Assembly: GCA_963766735.1 (NCBI GenBank)
Contig: CAVYBU010000006.1
Location: 88,929 to 152,928, forward strand
Direction of reading: 5' to 3'
Length of the DNA: 64,000 nt
Source of the DNA: an uncultured Chloroflexia bacterium
GTDB lineage: Bacteria > Chloroflexota > Limnocylindria > Limnocylindrales > CSP1-4
The notes beneath the pieces were generated by a model, which worked only from the letters and a program-made list of their open reading frames with translations, did no database searches and was not told the origin of the DNA. Below, piece after piece: positions 47,080 to 57,870 of the stretch (positions are counted from its first letter, which is position 1; each line of letters starts with the position of its first letter). The translations under genes and the position numbers were made by a program.

Positions 47080-49002
47080 TCAGGGGGTGCAGGTCCCCAC
47101 GACCGCCGGGTCCTCAAAGTCGAGCTTGATCGGCGTGCCGGCCGGGTTCTTGGTGCCCGCCGCGGGCGACTGGCTCGTCACGATCCAATCCGCCGGAACC
47201 GGGTCGGGATTGAGCGTCCCGAGGCTGAACCCGTCGTCGTCGATCGTCGTCGTGGCCTTGTCGAGCTTCATGCACTTGTAGTTGCCCACGTTGGCCGGCG
47301 CCGGCGTCGGCGTCGGTGTGGGCGGCGGGGTCGGCGGCGGAGTGGGGCTCGGTGTCGGGCTCGGGGTGGGTGTGGGCGTCGGGCTCGGGGTGGGCTCAGG
47401 CCCCATCGAGACGACGTAGGCCACCGGCGACTCGGGCGCCATCAGCTGGCCGGGTCCGGGTGACTGGTCGATGACGGACCCGAGCGGGACCTGCGGGTCG
47501 AAGGCCTCTGAGCGCGATCCCACGACGAGGCCCTCGCTGACGATCAGCTGCAGCGCCTCGGCCTCGGTCAGGCCGCTGAGGTCCGGAACGGCGACCGCGA
47601 CCTTTCCCCGCGCGAGGATCAGCTTGATCTCGGCACCCTCGGCCACGAGGGCACCTTCGACGGGAGTCTGCTTGAGGACCGTCTCCGGTTCGACGTCCGC
47701 CCGCTCCTCGGTGCCATCGATGACGACGACCAGCCCGAGCTCCTTGGCGGCAACGTCGGCATCGGCATACAGCATGTCCACGAAGCTGGGGACCGTCACT
47801 TCGGCGGCCGCGCTGGGCGACGGCTCGTCCCGACCGCCGGTCAGTGTCTGGAACAGGAGGAAGCCAACGACGATCAGGATGCCGACGCCCAGCAGTCCTG
47901 CGACCCAGGCCCACGGGGACCCACCCGTCGGCTCATCGTCGGAGATGGGCGGGGGAGGCGGCGCACCCGTCGTGGACACGGAAGGAGTGGACGACGCCGA
48001 GCGGGCGTACGCGTCGGGCGGGTAGGGCACGGGGTTCGGACGAGCCTGGGCGGACGCGACGGTCGCGGCAGCCGCGGTGGCGGCAGCCGCGCCCGCGGCG
48101 GACGCTCCGGCGGCGGTGGCACTGCTGGGATCCGCGAGATACCCCTCCAGGGCGCTGGCCATGGCGGCGGCAGTCGCATAGCGGGCGGCCGGATCCAGGG
48201 CCATCGCGCGCTGGACGACGGTGTCCAGCTGTGCCGGCACGCCGGCACGCAGGGACGAGGGGCGCGGCGGCGTGGTCGTGAGCCGGGCAAGGGCAACCGC
48301 GGCGGCACCATCGCCTGAGAACGGGCGCTGTCCGGTCAGCGTCTCGAACAGGACGATGCCCAGGGCGTAGATGTCGGAGGCGACCGTCGCCGGCTCGCCG
48401 CGGGCCTGCTCCGGGCTGAAGTAGTGGACGGATCCCATCGTGACGCCCGGCATCGTCAGCTGGGACTCGGCGAGGGCACGCGCGATGCCGAAGTCGGCAA
48501 CCTTCACGCGGCCGTCGCGACCGACGAGGACGTTGGACGGCTTGACGTCCCGGTGGACGATCCCGCGGACATGCGCGGCGTGCAGCGCCTTCGCGACCTC
48601 CACGGAAACCCGCGCGGCCTGCCGGGGGGCCAGGGGACCGTTCTCCCGGAGGATGGCGCCAAGATCCTGGCCGTCCACCAGCTCCATGACGATGTACGGG
48701 CCGGATGCGTCCTCGCCAAAGTCGAAGACGGCCACGATGTTCGGGTGGTTGAGCGACGCGGCGGCACGCGCCTCGTCCCGGAACCGGGCGAGGAAGTCCG
48801 GGTCCTTGCCGAACTCCGGGCGGAGGAGCTTCACGGCAACATCCCGCTCGAGCTGCGCGTCGCGCGCCCGGTAGATGGTGGCCATGCCGCCCTGTCCGAG
48901 GAGCTCCAGGAGGCGGTAACGACCGCCGAGCGTGCTCCCGATCTCCGTCACAGTGTGCTCGTCTCCCTCTTCGGTTGCGATGGTCCGTCGCAGCGGACGC
49001 AT
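47080..49002 (-). CDS. Ser/Thr protein kinase, PknB-like, with a TM helix and extracellular PASTA domains
   Basis: Hanks kinase motifs (GQGGMATIY, HRDVKPSNVL, DFGIA, SPEQ), a TM helix (WAWVAGLLGVGILIVVGFLLF) and PASTA repeats. Confidence 0.9.
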   Translation of the reverse strand: MRPLRRTIATEEGDEHTVTEIGSTLGGRYRLLELLGQGGMATIYRARDAQLERDVAVKLLRPEFGKDPDFLARFRDEARAAASLNHPNIVAVFDFGEDASGPYIVMELVDGQDLGAILRENGPLAPRQAARVSVEVAKALHAAHVRGIVHRDVKPSNVLVGRDGRVKVADFGIARALAESQLTMPGVTMGSVHYFSPEQARGEPATVASDIYALGIVLFETLTGQRPFSGDGAAAVALARLTTTPPRPSSLRAGVPAQLDTVVQRAMALDPAARYATAAAMASALEGYLADPSSATAAGASAAGAAAATAAAATVASAQARPNPVPYPPDAYARSASSTPSVSTTGAPPPPPISDDEPTGGSPWAWVAGLLGVGILIVVGFLLFQTLTGGRDEPSPSAAAEVTVPSFVDMLYADADVAAKELGLVVVIDGTEERADVEPETVLKQTPVEGALVAEGAEIKLILARGKVAVAVPDLSGLTEAEALQLIVSEGLVVGSRSEAFDPQVPLGSVIDQSPGPGQLMAPESPVAYVVSMGPEPTPSPTPTPTPSPTPSPTPPPTPPPTPTPTPAPANVGNYKCMKLDKATTTIDDDGFSLGTLNPDPVPADWIVTSQSPAAGTKNPAGTPIKLDFEDPAVVGTCTP

Positions 49003-49054
49003 CCTAGCGCGCGGGCGGTCTGGCCGCCGAGCGCGCGGGCGGTCTGGCCGCCGG

Positions 49055-49933
49055 TCAGATGTCCAACGTGTGCAGGTAGTCGCGGAAGGCGCCGCCGAAC
49101 TCGGGGCGGGCGAGCGCCATCTCCACCGACGCCTGGAGCCAGCCCATCGTGGTGCCGGCGTCGTAGCGGACCCCCTCGAACGCGTAGCCGAACACGCTCT
49201 GCTCGTCCATCAGCGCGTGGATCGCGTCGGTGAGCTGGATCTCGCCCCCGGACCCGCGCTGCGTCTGCTCCAGCTTCTCGAAGATCTTCGGCGTCAGGAC
49301 GTACCGCCCGATGACGGCCAGGTTGGATGGGGCCTCCTCCGGGCTCGGCTTCTCCACCACCTCCGTGATGCGGTACGTCCGATCGCGGTCCGGCCCATCG
49401 GTGACACGCTCGCCGCCGATGACGCCGTAGCGGGGCGTGTCTTCGTGCGGGACCTCCATGACCGCGACCACGGAGCCGTGATGCTGGTGGTAGGCGTGGA
49501 TCAGCTGGCCGATGCACGGACGGTCCGAGACCACCACGTCGTCCGGCAGGATCACTGCGAACGGCTCGTTTCCGATCAGGTCCTTCGCCATCAGGACAGC
49601 GTGCCCGAGGCCCAGCTGCTCCTTCTGGCGGATGTAGGCGATCTGCGCGAGGTCGCTGATGTGCCGGACCTGGCGCAGCTTCTCGATCTCGCCCTTCTCC
49701 TCGAGCAGGTGCTCCAGCTCGAAGTTGAGATCGAAGTGGTCCTCGATCGCCCGCTTCTGCGAGGAGGTGACGATGATGACCTGCTCGATGCCGGCGGCGA
49801 CCGCCTCCTCGACGGCGTACTGGATGACGGGTTTGTCGACGAGGGGGAGCATCTCCTTCGGCTGGGCCTTCGTGGCCGGCAGGAAGCGGGTACCCCAGCC
49901 GGCGGCAGGGAAGACAGCTTTTCGGACGCGCAT
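49055..49933 (-). CDS. galU: UTP--glucose-1-phosphate uridylyltransferase
   Basis: AVFPAAGWGTRFLPATKAQPKEMLPLVDKP...VEKP signature. Confidence 0.9.
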   Translation of the reverse strand: MRVRKAVFPAAGWGTRFLPATKAQPKEMLPLVDKPVIQYAVEEAVAAGIEQVIIVTSSQKRAIEDHFDLNFELEHLLEEKGEIEKLRQVRHISDLAQIAYIRQKEQLGLGHAVLMAKDLIGNEPFAVILPDDVVVSDRPCIGQLIHAYHQHHGSVVAVMEVPHEDTPRYGVIGGERVTDGPDRDRTYRITEVVEKPSPEEAPSNLAVIGRYVLTPKIFEKLEQTQRGSGGEIQLTDAIHALMDEQSVFGYAFEGVRYDAGTTMGWLQASVEMALARPEFGGAFRDYLHTLDI

Positions 49934-50040
49934 CGAACCTCTCGGACGGGGGGAAGGAGCCAGCCCAGTATACCCGTCACCTTCTCGCAACCATCGTGGG
50001 CCGCCCGGGATGTGGTGGCTGCGGGCCGGGGCGCCGCTGG

Positions 50041-50832
50041 TCAGGAGCGACCGGCAACCCCGTCCACGAAGCGTGCGACATGCCCGGAGAAGATCCGCGG
50101 CTGATCGAGGCTGGAGAGGTGCATGGCCCACGGGATGACGACCCGGCGGCCCTGCCGACAGGACGCAGCCCACAGGTCGCCACCGGGCGCGAACACCGGG
50201 TCCAGCGCCCCGTTGATGATCAGGACGGGCGTCCACAACCGGCCGAGCCGCTCCAGGACCCGGCGGCCCACCAGGGACCGGACCGCGCGCGCGCCACCTG
50301 CGGGCCAGAAGCCGCCGGCGATGATCGGCTCGGCGATCGATCGGCGGTACCGGAGCCGGAAGAACCCGACATTGAGCAGCTGGAGGACGCGCTGCGGCAG
50401 GTGCTCCAGGGCCCGGGCAAAGGCGCGGAACGGGAGCGCCATGAATCCGAGGGCCTCGCCAGAGCATCCCGCGAGCACCAGGCCCGCGACGCGGTCCGGA
50501 GCCGCATCCGCCACCTCGATGGCGACGAACCCGCCCAGGGAGAGCCCCACGAGGACCGCCCGTCCGGACGGCACCTCGGCTTCGATGGCGGCGATCACGC
50601 CTGCCCGCGCGGCCTCGATCGACCACGGTTCGCCACCACGCTCGCCATGTCCGGGCAGGTCCACCGCAACGCACCGGTACCGCGCGGAGAGGCGTCGCAG
50701 CTGCGGGCGCCACTGGCTGCGCGACAGTCGCGTCCCGTGCAGGAACACGATCGCGGGCGCATCGCGGGGACCGACCGCTGTCCAGGGACCGTGTCCGGTC
50801 GTGGCCGGGGCATCATTCATCGTCGTCAGCAT
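50041..50832 (-). CDS. Alpha/beta-fold hydrolase
   Basis: AIVFLHGTRLS...LVGLSLGG (GxSxG nucleophile elbow). Confidence 0.8.
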   Translation of the reverse strand: MLTTMNDAPATTGHGPWTAVGPRDAPAIVFLHGTRLSRSQWRPQLRRLSARYRCVAVDLPGHGERGGEPWSIEAARAGVIAAIEAEVPSGRAVLVGLSLGGFVAIEVADAAPDRVAGLVLAGCSGEALGFMALPFRAFARALEHLPQRVLQLLNVGFFRLRYRRSIAEPIIAGGFWPAGGARAVRSLVGRRVLERLGRLWTPVLIINGALDPVFAPGGDLWAASCRQGRRVVIPWAMHLSSLDQPRIFSGHVARFVDGVAGRS

Positions 50833-50842
50833 AGCCCGGTGG

Positions 50843-51889
50843 TCAGGGAGGCCCCGCGCGCTCCCGTCGAGCCGTGGCCAGGCGGACGGAGGTGAACGGT
50901 ATCCGGAACTCGCGGAAGACCTCCGACGAGACGAGGAACCCGGCCAGGAGGAAGACGACGCCCAGCAGCTTGCCGATCCCGAACAGCTCCGTGGAGCCGG
51001 CGCGATTGAGCGAGTCGGCGATGGTGGGAAAGAACGCGCCGAGGGCAATCAGGATCGTGGCGGGCACCCGCGAGTGCAGCCTGCCGGCGACAAGGTCCCG
51101 GCCCGCGGCCGGCAGCGAGGCCACGAGGTTGACCGCGATCGCCACCGGAGCGATGCACAGGTTGAACAGGAACTGGTCGCCGGGCTGGTTGGGGTCCAGC
51201 GAGTACGGCAGAACGCGCTTCTTGGGCATGAACGTGTACGTGGAGAACACCGCGCCCAGCAGCAGCGACAGGGCCCCCGGGATGTTCATCACGGGGGTGA
51301 GCAGCCGGAGATAGCCCGGCATCGCGTCACCCACGGGCTGGCCTGTTGCGGGGTCCAGCGCGTAGCCGGGCGCGGATAGCGGGGGCATCACGACGGTCAG
51401 AACCGTCGCCAGCACGGTCACGGCGATGATCGCGCCCGCGGCAAAGCGCGGCCACCGCTCGTTGCCAAAGTAGGTCTCCATCCCGATCGCCAGGGCCAGG
51501 ATGACCGTGCCGATGAGGTAGAGGAGCGGCAGCGGCCCCGCGCCCGCGTAGGCGGGGCTGTTGCGGATCATCAGCGCCACGATGCCCGACAGCAGGAGCA
51601 GGACCGCGTACGTGTAGCCGAAGCGGGTCCGGCCCAGCAGGAACGCCGTCCCCAGGCCCAGCCAGGCGGCCGTCAGCACGGCCCCCGCCAGGTACCAGGC
51701 CCGGTACAGGGTCTCGCTCCAGCCGGAGGCGGCGGCCAGGGCCTCCGAACCCGAACCAACGGCGTAGCACAGCATCCCGAACGCCCACACCAGCTGGAAG
51801 CCGTGCCGCCGGTCCCGCCACTGGTCCAGCAGCAGCACGGCGAACAGGAGGGCCAGCAGCGAGGTGACGGTGGGCAGGAGGACGGACAC
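50843..51889 (-). CDS. Uncharacterised polytopic membrane protein, paralogue B (of 28556-29590)
   Basis: LLLDQWRDRRHGFQLVWAFGM...YRAWYL...TRFGY...FMPKKR...SRVPATIL blocks shared with paralogue A. Confidence 0.7.
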   Translation of the reverse strand: MSVLLPTVTSLLALLFAVLLLDQWRDRRHGFQLVWAFGMLCYAVGSGSEALAAASGWSETLYRAWYLAGAVLTAAWLGLGTAFLLGRTRFGYTYAVLLLLSGIVALMIRNSPAYAGAGPLPLLYLIGTVILALAIGMETYFGNERWPRFAAGAIIAVTVLATVLTVVMPPLSAPGYALDPATGQPVGDAMPGYLRLLTPVMNIPGALSLLLGAVFSTYTFMPKKRVLPYSLDPNQPGDQFLFNLCIAPVAIAVNLVASLPAAGRDLVAGRLHSRVPATILIALGAFFPTIADSLNRAGSTELFGIGKLLGVVFLLAGFLVSSEVFREFRIPFTSVRLATARRERAGPP

Positions 51890-51903
51890 GGGCGACGCGG
51901 GGG

Positions 51904-52731
51904 TCAGGTTTCGGCCGGGGGCGCTTCGGGCTCGGGCTGGACGACAGACAGCTCCCCGGCAGCAGCCTCGTGGCCCGCCACGAACGCCAGCAGGAGCCGA
52001 TCCAGAAGGCCGGTGGACACGTCGTACAGGTCCCCGATCCGGACCGCGTCAACGCCCCTGCGCCGGGTGACCATGCTCATCTCCGCGAGGAACGGCCGTC
52101 GAGCGGACACGAACATCGCGACCCCATCCGCGAGCGGCACCCCGTTGAGCGCGAGCCGCTCTCCCAGGTGGGTGGCGAGGTCGACGGCGTCGCGCTCCGC
52201 CATCGCGCGGGCAGGCCCGGTCTCGTCCAGGTGGCGAACCAGGGCATCGACCAGGCGGCGGCCCGTCTCGCGAAACGACTCCCGCTCGGCGGCAGGGACA
52301 TAGGCACGCGGGTCCAGACCGCTCCCGTGGGACTCGCCGTAGCGACGGCGGTACGCTGCGCTCAGGCGGTCCTGGCTGGCGCCCAGCCCGGCGAGGCCGT
52401 TGGCGGGGCCGGTCCGCCTGGATGCGATCAGGCGCTCGAGCGCCCGTCGATCGAAGCGACGATGGCCGCCGGGCGTGGTGAACGCGGGCACGCGACCCTC
52501 GTCCGCCCAGCGGCGCAGGGTGTCGGGGTCCACCCCCAGCAGGCGGCTCGCCGCACCCAGTGCGAGGCGATCGGGCAGCGGGCGGTCGTCGGGCAGCGGG
52601 CGGTCGTCGGACACGGGATCTCCGGATGGGGCTCCGGGGCCATGGTCACGCGAGCACAGAACCTGAGTAAATCTGGGTATGGTTGGCCGACCGGACCGGG
52701 CGAGTGTAGGAGCGGTCGGACCGGGCGTCAA
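51904..52731 (-). CDS. MerR/excisionase-type helix-turn-helix transcriptional regulator with a C-terminal effector domain
   Basis: LGAASRLLGVDPDTLRRWADEGRVPAFTTPGGHRRF HTH. The start may be the internal GTG near 52614. Confidence 0.65.
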   Translation of the reverse strand: MTPGPTAPTLARSGRPTIPRFTQVLCSRDHGPGAPSGDPVSDDRPLPDDRPLPDRLALGAASRLLGVDPDTLRRWADEGRVPAFTTPGGHRRFDRRALERLIASRRTGPANGLAGLGASQDRLSAAYRRRYGESHGSGLDPRAYVPAAERESFRETGRRLVDALVRHLDETGPARAMAERDAVDLATHLGERLALNGVPLADGVAMFVSARRPFLAEMSMVTRRRGVDAVRIGDLYDVSTGLLDRLLLAFVAGHEAAAGELSVVQPEPEAPPAET

Positions 52732-52800
52732 ACGAGGCCAACTGGAGCCGGGGTCGGGTCGACGACCGGCCGGCGCCCGTCAGGCGGGCACGGGCGAACG

Positions 52801-53154
52801 TCAGGCGGGCACGAACTCGTGATCGTCCCGGTGGAGCCCATCACACAGCCCCCAGGCGGGCGGTTCGCCCGGCAACGGGACGGGGCGCATGATCTCGCGT
52901 ACCTCGCCGCGACGGCAGAACAGGTGACCGCGCTCGGCCATCCAGCGGCGAACGCACGCTGGGTCCGAGTGGAACTGGTGCGGGCCTGGGTTGAGCGGCG
53001 TGGACTCCGCCCAGCCAACCGCCACCTCGGGAGCGACGATGTCCAGGAGGCTCACGCGCCACGGCGTCCCCGGGATGGTCTCCCGGCAGCCGTCACACCG
53101 GATCGCGAGGTTGTCGTTGACGATCGTACGGATCGTCACACCCATGATCTCCAT
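52801..53154 (-). CDS. Hypothetical protein
   Basis: 117 aa with a non-artefactual composition (MEIMGVTIRTIVNDNLAIRCDGCRETIP...). Confidence 0.4.
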   Translation of the reverse strand: MEIMGVTIRTIVNDNLAIRCDGCRETIPGTPWRVSLLDIVAPEVAVGWAESTPLNPGPHQFHSDPACVRRWMAERGHLFCRRGEVREIMRPVPLPGEPPAWGLCDGLHRDDHEFVPA

Positions 53155-53184
53155 CGCCTCCGAGAATAGCAGGAGGGACGATGC

Positions 53185-54183
53185 TCAGGGCATCACGTCG
53201 GGCACGGTCCTGGGCGGCAGACGGCGGGCCAGGGAGATCGCGACGGGTGCCAGGTGGCGGGCCCAGAAGCGGCCGGCCTCGCCGTTCGCGGCCTCGTGGT
53301 CAGCCGCGCAGCGCACGTACCCGCCGTCGCGCGCCCACGCGACCGCCGCGCCCAGGAGCGCGCTGGCGACGCCCCGGCCACGGGTGGTCGGGATCGTGTA
53401 GGCCGCGGTGATGCTGGCCGTTCCCGGGTCACGGACGATGGTCGCCACGTCGTCGGCGGAGGGGCCGATGCGCAGGTAGGCGATGGGCTGGTCGTCCGCG
53501 AACGCGACGAACGTGGCGCTCGCAGGATCCTCCAGCCGGCGACGCTGGATCTCCAGGACCGGGGCACTCGGGGTGCGCAGGAACACGGGCGAGGCCCGCA
53601 GGTGCCGGACAAGCCCCGCGTGGAGCTCGAGGACAGCGGCCGCATCGGCCGGGGATACGCGCCGGATGGTGACGCCCAACGGGACGTCCGCCCCGGCCAG
53701 GGGCGACACGTCGCGGACCAGGTCCACGACGTGGGGAGCGAACCCCAGCCGGCCGAATGCTGCCAGTGCGGGCGCGTCGTCGGCGAGGACGGTGACCACG
53801 TGCTCCACGCACGCCGCGCGGACCCAGCCGTCGGCCAAGGAAGCGTAGAGACGTTCCACGACGCGCTCGACGTCCAGCGATCCGCCCGCCGCCATGCCGG
53901 CCGTCGCGTGCCCGATGTCCGGCGTGTAGGCCCAGCGGCTGCCGTGCCCATCGAGCAGCGTGGCCGCCTGGAAGCCCACGAGCTCACCCCCGGCGAGCAG
54001 TGCGGCGCCGTTGCCACGCTCCGCGAGGGCGCGGGTCAGCCGTTCCACGACGGCCGTATCGGACCACGCGGCCGGCAGGACGGGGACGGCCAGGCGCATG
54101 CGGCGCACGCCGACCGTGACGAGGGCCGCGGCAGCCGCGGCATGGGACGCGTCGAGCGGCACGACGGCAAGGGCACGGGTCAT
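53185..54183 (-). CDS. GNAT-family N-acetyltransferase (double GNAT fold)
   Basis: Two acetyltransferase-like halves (RRMRLAVPVLPAAW... / ...IAYLRIGPSADDVATIVRDPGTASITAAYTIPTTRGRGVASALL). The start is set at the internal Met to avoid the tRNA. Confidence 0.65.
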   Translation of the reverse strand: MTRALAVVPLDASHAAAAAALVTVGVRRMRLAVPVLPAAWSDTAVVERLTRALAERGNGAALLAGGELVGFQAATLLDGHGSRWAYTPDIGHATAGMAAGGSLDVERVVERLYASLADGWVRAACVEHVVTVLADDAPALAAFGRLGFAPHVVDLVRDVSPLAGADVPLGVTIRRVSPADAAAVLELHAGLVRHLRASPVFLRTPSAPVLEIQRRRLEDPASATFVAFADDQPIAYLRIGPSADDVATIVRDPGTASITAAYTIPTTRGRGVASALLGAAVAWARDGGYVRCAADHEAANGEAGRFWARHLAPVAISLARRLPPRTVPDVMP

Positions 54184-54252
54184 GAGACAAGGATGCCGAG
54201 TCGGCGCAACCGGCGTCGAGTCACCGAGTGCGTCCTCAAGCGGTGCGGGAGG

Positions 54253-54329
54253 TGGTACCCCCAAGGGGATTCGAACCCCTGATCTCCACCTTGAAAGGGT
54301 GGCGTCCTAGGCCTCTAGACGATGGGGGC
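54253..54329 (-). tRNA. tRNA-Glu: tRNA-Glu (anticodon TTC), CCA encoded
   Basis: Minus-strand sequence GCCCCCATCGTCTAGAGGCCTAGGACGCCACCCTTTCAAGGTGGAGATCAGGGGTTCGAATCCCCTTGGGGGTACCA forms a cloverleaf with a CTTTCAA anticodon loop. Confidence 0.85.
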
Positions 54330-54437
54330 CCGTGCCCGCGTGGGGCCGGCCGAGTGTACCAGAGGGGGTTCTCGGCCCCGGCCGGCGCGTCACCCTGCCG
54401 GGCCGGCGCATCCAGGCATCCGTCCGTCAAGACCGCC

Positions 54438-54839
54438 TCAGGCGCCGGGCGTGCCTCGCCAGATGAGGCTCGCGATCCACGCGGCGGCCAGGGACATCAG
54501 GGCTGCGATGGCAAACAGCCCTCCCAGCAGGGCCGTCAGCACCGCGGCCCCATCCCTGCCCTCGCGGCCGGCCCGCGCGACCGCCGCGACCGACAGGACC
54601 GCAGTTGCGGCGAAGACGAGCCCGCAGGTCGCGAAGCCGGTCGCCATCAGCGGCACCTGGAGATGGTCTCGGACCAGCACCGACCAGGCGAGGAACCCAA
54701 GACCCCCTGCAAGCGCGACGAGCAGCATCACCCGAACGGGTGTGATCCGGATCGGCCCGACATGGTGCCCTGCACGACGGCGGCCCGACGGATCCCGCGG
54801 CACGGCGTGCGAGCGGGCGTCGTACTGGTGGCGGCTCAT
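54438..54839 (-). CDS. Hypothetical small membrane protein (3 TM)
   Basis: Hydrophobic helices and high GC3; a 7-bp-stem hairpin downstream (54338-54378). Confidence 0.45.
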   Translation of the reverse strand: MSRHQYDARSHAVPRDPSGRRRAGHHVGPIRITPVRVMLLVALAGGLGFLAWSVLVRDHLQVPLMATGFATCGLVFAATAVLSVAAVARAGREGRDGAAVLTALLGGLFAIAALMSLAAAWIASLIWRGTPGA

Positions 54840-54874
54840 CGCGGCGAGCGTAGCAGGGCGGGGCTGGCCGTGGC

Positions 54875-55510
54875 CTACTCGACCACTCCGGCCGGTGCCT
54901 CGCCACCCCGCCAGCGGTGATAGACCGCAACGTTCCAGGCGAGTCGCGGCCGCTTGAGCGCAGCGCCGGCCGCGACTCCCCGCTCCCCGAAGGCATCCGC
55001 CAGAAGGTCCTGCGCCTCCTCGACCGTGGCGAACGTCCAGAAGCAGTGCAGCACGCGGATCTTGAACCCGCCACCCGCCAGGAACGGGCCGTCACGCCGG
55101 CCCCACGAGGCGTACTCGGGCGCGTCGGCGTCGCGCAGGGCGGAGACGTCGTCGCGCCCGTAGTCGTGGACGACCAGCAGGCGCCCGCCCGGGCGCAGCG
55201 CCCGGTCGACCTCGGCCAGCTCCGCCCCGTCAACGCCGCGGAACCCGGACCAGAGGCTGACCACCGCGTCCAGGCTGGCATCGGGCACGTCCAGCCGGAA
55301 GGGATCCGCAAGGGGGAGGGCGAGCCCGGTGATGCCCGCCGCGGCAAGCCGATCGAGGAGGGGGCCGGCGGGCACGTCGATCAGGGCCAGGTCGCGTCCC
55401 GCGAGCGGGCCGAGCGCCTCGAGGGCCCGGATGATCTTGCCCTCCACGTCGGCGGCCGCCCTGAGACGTTCGGCCTGCGGAGCCGCAAGCTGGAACGGTA
55501 GGTCTGACAC
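54875..55510 (-). CDS. SAM-dependent methyltransferase (type 11)
   Basis: LIDVPAGPLLDRLAAAGI...LRPGGRLLVV motifs. Confidence 0.7.
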   Translation of the reverse strand: MSDLPFQLAAPQAERLRAAADVEGKIIRALEALGPLAGRDLALIDVPAGPLLDRLAAAGITGLALPLADPFRLDVPDASLDAVVSLWSGFRGVDGAELAEVDRALRPGGRLLVVHDYGRDDVSALRDADAPEYASWGRRDGPFLAGGGFKIRVLHCFWTFATVEEAQDLLADAFGERGVAAGAALKRPRLAWNVAVYHRWRGGEAPAGVVE

Positions 55511-55571
55511 GTCCCCACGAGCATACGTCGTCGGTTGGCGCCGGACTCACCCAAGTCGGACGGGAGCCGGG

Positions 55572-57119
<1,548 letters not shown>

Positions 57120-57285
57120 GCGGCGGACCTCTGTGCGAGCGGGAACGATACAGGCCGCAGTGCAGGAGAGCCGCCCCGCCCTGCACCACGCCAGGAGGCG
57201 CGCGGGCATCGGCTGTCGGGACCGAGCCGGGTGATGAGGGCAGGAACCCTGCCCGGGCCTGGCCGCCAGGCGTCGCAGCCGACCC

Positions 57286-57305
57286 CACCGGCGGGCCCGC
57301 CGGTG
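57286..57305. promoter_or_regulatory. Perfect 20-bp palindrome CACCGGCGGGCCCGCCGGTG, 14 bp upstream of the start of 57320-57691
   Basis: Self-complementary sequence in the divergent GH13/membrane-protein intergenic region. Confidence 0.3.
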
Positions 57306-57319
57306 GCATCATCAGGCGT

Positions 57320-57691
57320 GTGTTCGCCCAGCTTCGCGCGATGCCCCCCGGGATCCGCATCTTCCTCGGCTACGCCTTCCTCGTCCTGGGCCTGATCGGC
57401 CTGTCGCTGCGCTGGGTCGTGGACCAGGCCATCAGCACTCCCATCTCGCTGCCGGGTCTGGTCGTGATGATCCTGCTCGCCTACACGATCTTCACCACGA
57501 CGCTGGTGCTCCAGCGCAAGGAGGCGGCGCGGGGATTGGCGCTCGGCCTCTCCACCCTGACGATTCCCGCCGTGCCGCTGGCGCTGCTTGCGGCCCAGCC
57601 GCTGTTCGCAGTGATCGTGGGGGCGCTCGCGATCCTGCTCTTCTCCGGCCTCACCCGCCCCGCAGTCCGCGACTGGCTCAACGAGCCCTGA
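57320..57691 (+). CDS. Hypothetical small membrane protein (4 TM)
   Basis: GTG start; hydrophobic helices. Confidence 0.45.
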   Translation: MFAQLRAMPPGIRIFLGYAFLVLGLIGLSLRWVVDQAISTPISLPGLVVMILLAYTIFTTTLVLQRKEAARGLALGLSTLTIPAVPLALLAAQPLFAVIVGALAILLFSGLTRPAVRDWLNEP

Positions 57692-57870
57692 CCGACCACG
57701 CCCGGGGGAAGTGCCCGCCACGGGCCCATCGCCGATGGCACGACGACGGCAGCAACACGGGCACGGGCGCATGGCCACGCGGGGCGCTACGCTTCGGGAA
57801 GCGGCACGGTCCTCCGTGCCGCCCGCGATCGGACGTCCCGCGGTCGCGGCCTCGAACAGGGAGCCCCGCT

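Noticed and set aside
52573-52608. 18-bp tandem duplication (DDRPLP x2) in the regulator gene
   Set aside because: A minor in-frame duplication in a probably unstructured N-terminal region. It is noted but is not a feature in its own right.
54253-54329. tRNA-Glu as a possible genomic-island integration site
   Set aside because: No integrase, no direct repeat of the tRNA 3' end and no compositional break were seen within about 10 kb on either side.
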